The position numbers were made by a program, and so were the translations under genes. A stretch of DNA of 47,708 bases, taken from Pseudomonadota bacterium (lineage in GTDB: Bacteria; Bdellovibrionota; FAC87; UBA2466). The number at the start of each line of letters is the position of its first letter. The first letter of the stretch is position 1. The notes under the pieces are model-generated. The model was given only the letters and a program-made list of their open reading frames with translations. It made no database searches and was not told where the DNA came from. Below are positions 47,594-47,708 of this stretch, one piece after another. The DNA lies in contig JAYSWN010000194.1 in the NCBI GenBank assembly GCA_043718025.1, positions 1-47,708 of the forward strand. Direction: 5' to 3'.

Positions 47594-47708
47594 GCTCAGC
47601 TAAAGTCTTTGTGTGATTTTTGAGCGATACGGTCGCCCTAATTCCCCAGCGACTTTGTCGCCCCGTTGGTAATTTATCGGTTGTTTAGCAAGCTTTGCGG
47701 AGTAACGG

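Overview
A 47.7 kb chromosomal window, apparently from a Bdellovibrionota/Oligoflexia-like or other former-deltaproteobacterial organism; this is inferred from protein styles, not a search. Housekeeping genes (rlmB, pyrF, tRNA thiolase-like, aminotransferase-coaD-rsmD, secA, plsC) alternate with many secreted or membrane hypotheticals. An SOS mutagenesis cassette (imuA-imuB-dnaE2) is transcribed divergently from lexA. I recognised no rRNA, tRNA, CRISPR array, transposase or prophage. Most notable: (1) a BlaI repressor plus a BlaR1-type M56 protease whose sensor is a lytic transglycosylase, with twin 18-bp operators over the promoter; (2) two lipoproteins 12 kb apart sharing an unnamed N-terminal domain but carrying different C-terminal cargo; (3) three adjacent secreted orphans with a lone C-terminal Cys motif; (4) a candidate new LexA box on the imuA -10 element; (5) a recurring leaderless promoter layout; (6) a DMT-PilZ fusion; (7) an apparently dead VanX homologue; (8) a three-gene operon with a 4-His membrane protein; (9) a 33-bp perfect inverted-repeat element in the mutasome operon; (10) a rod-like, possibly 6S, RNA at the left edge. 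All family calls are from motif recognition by eye.
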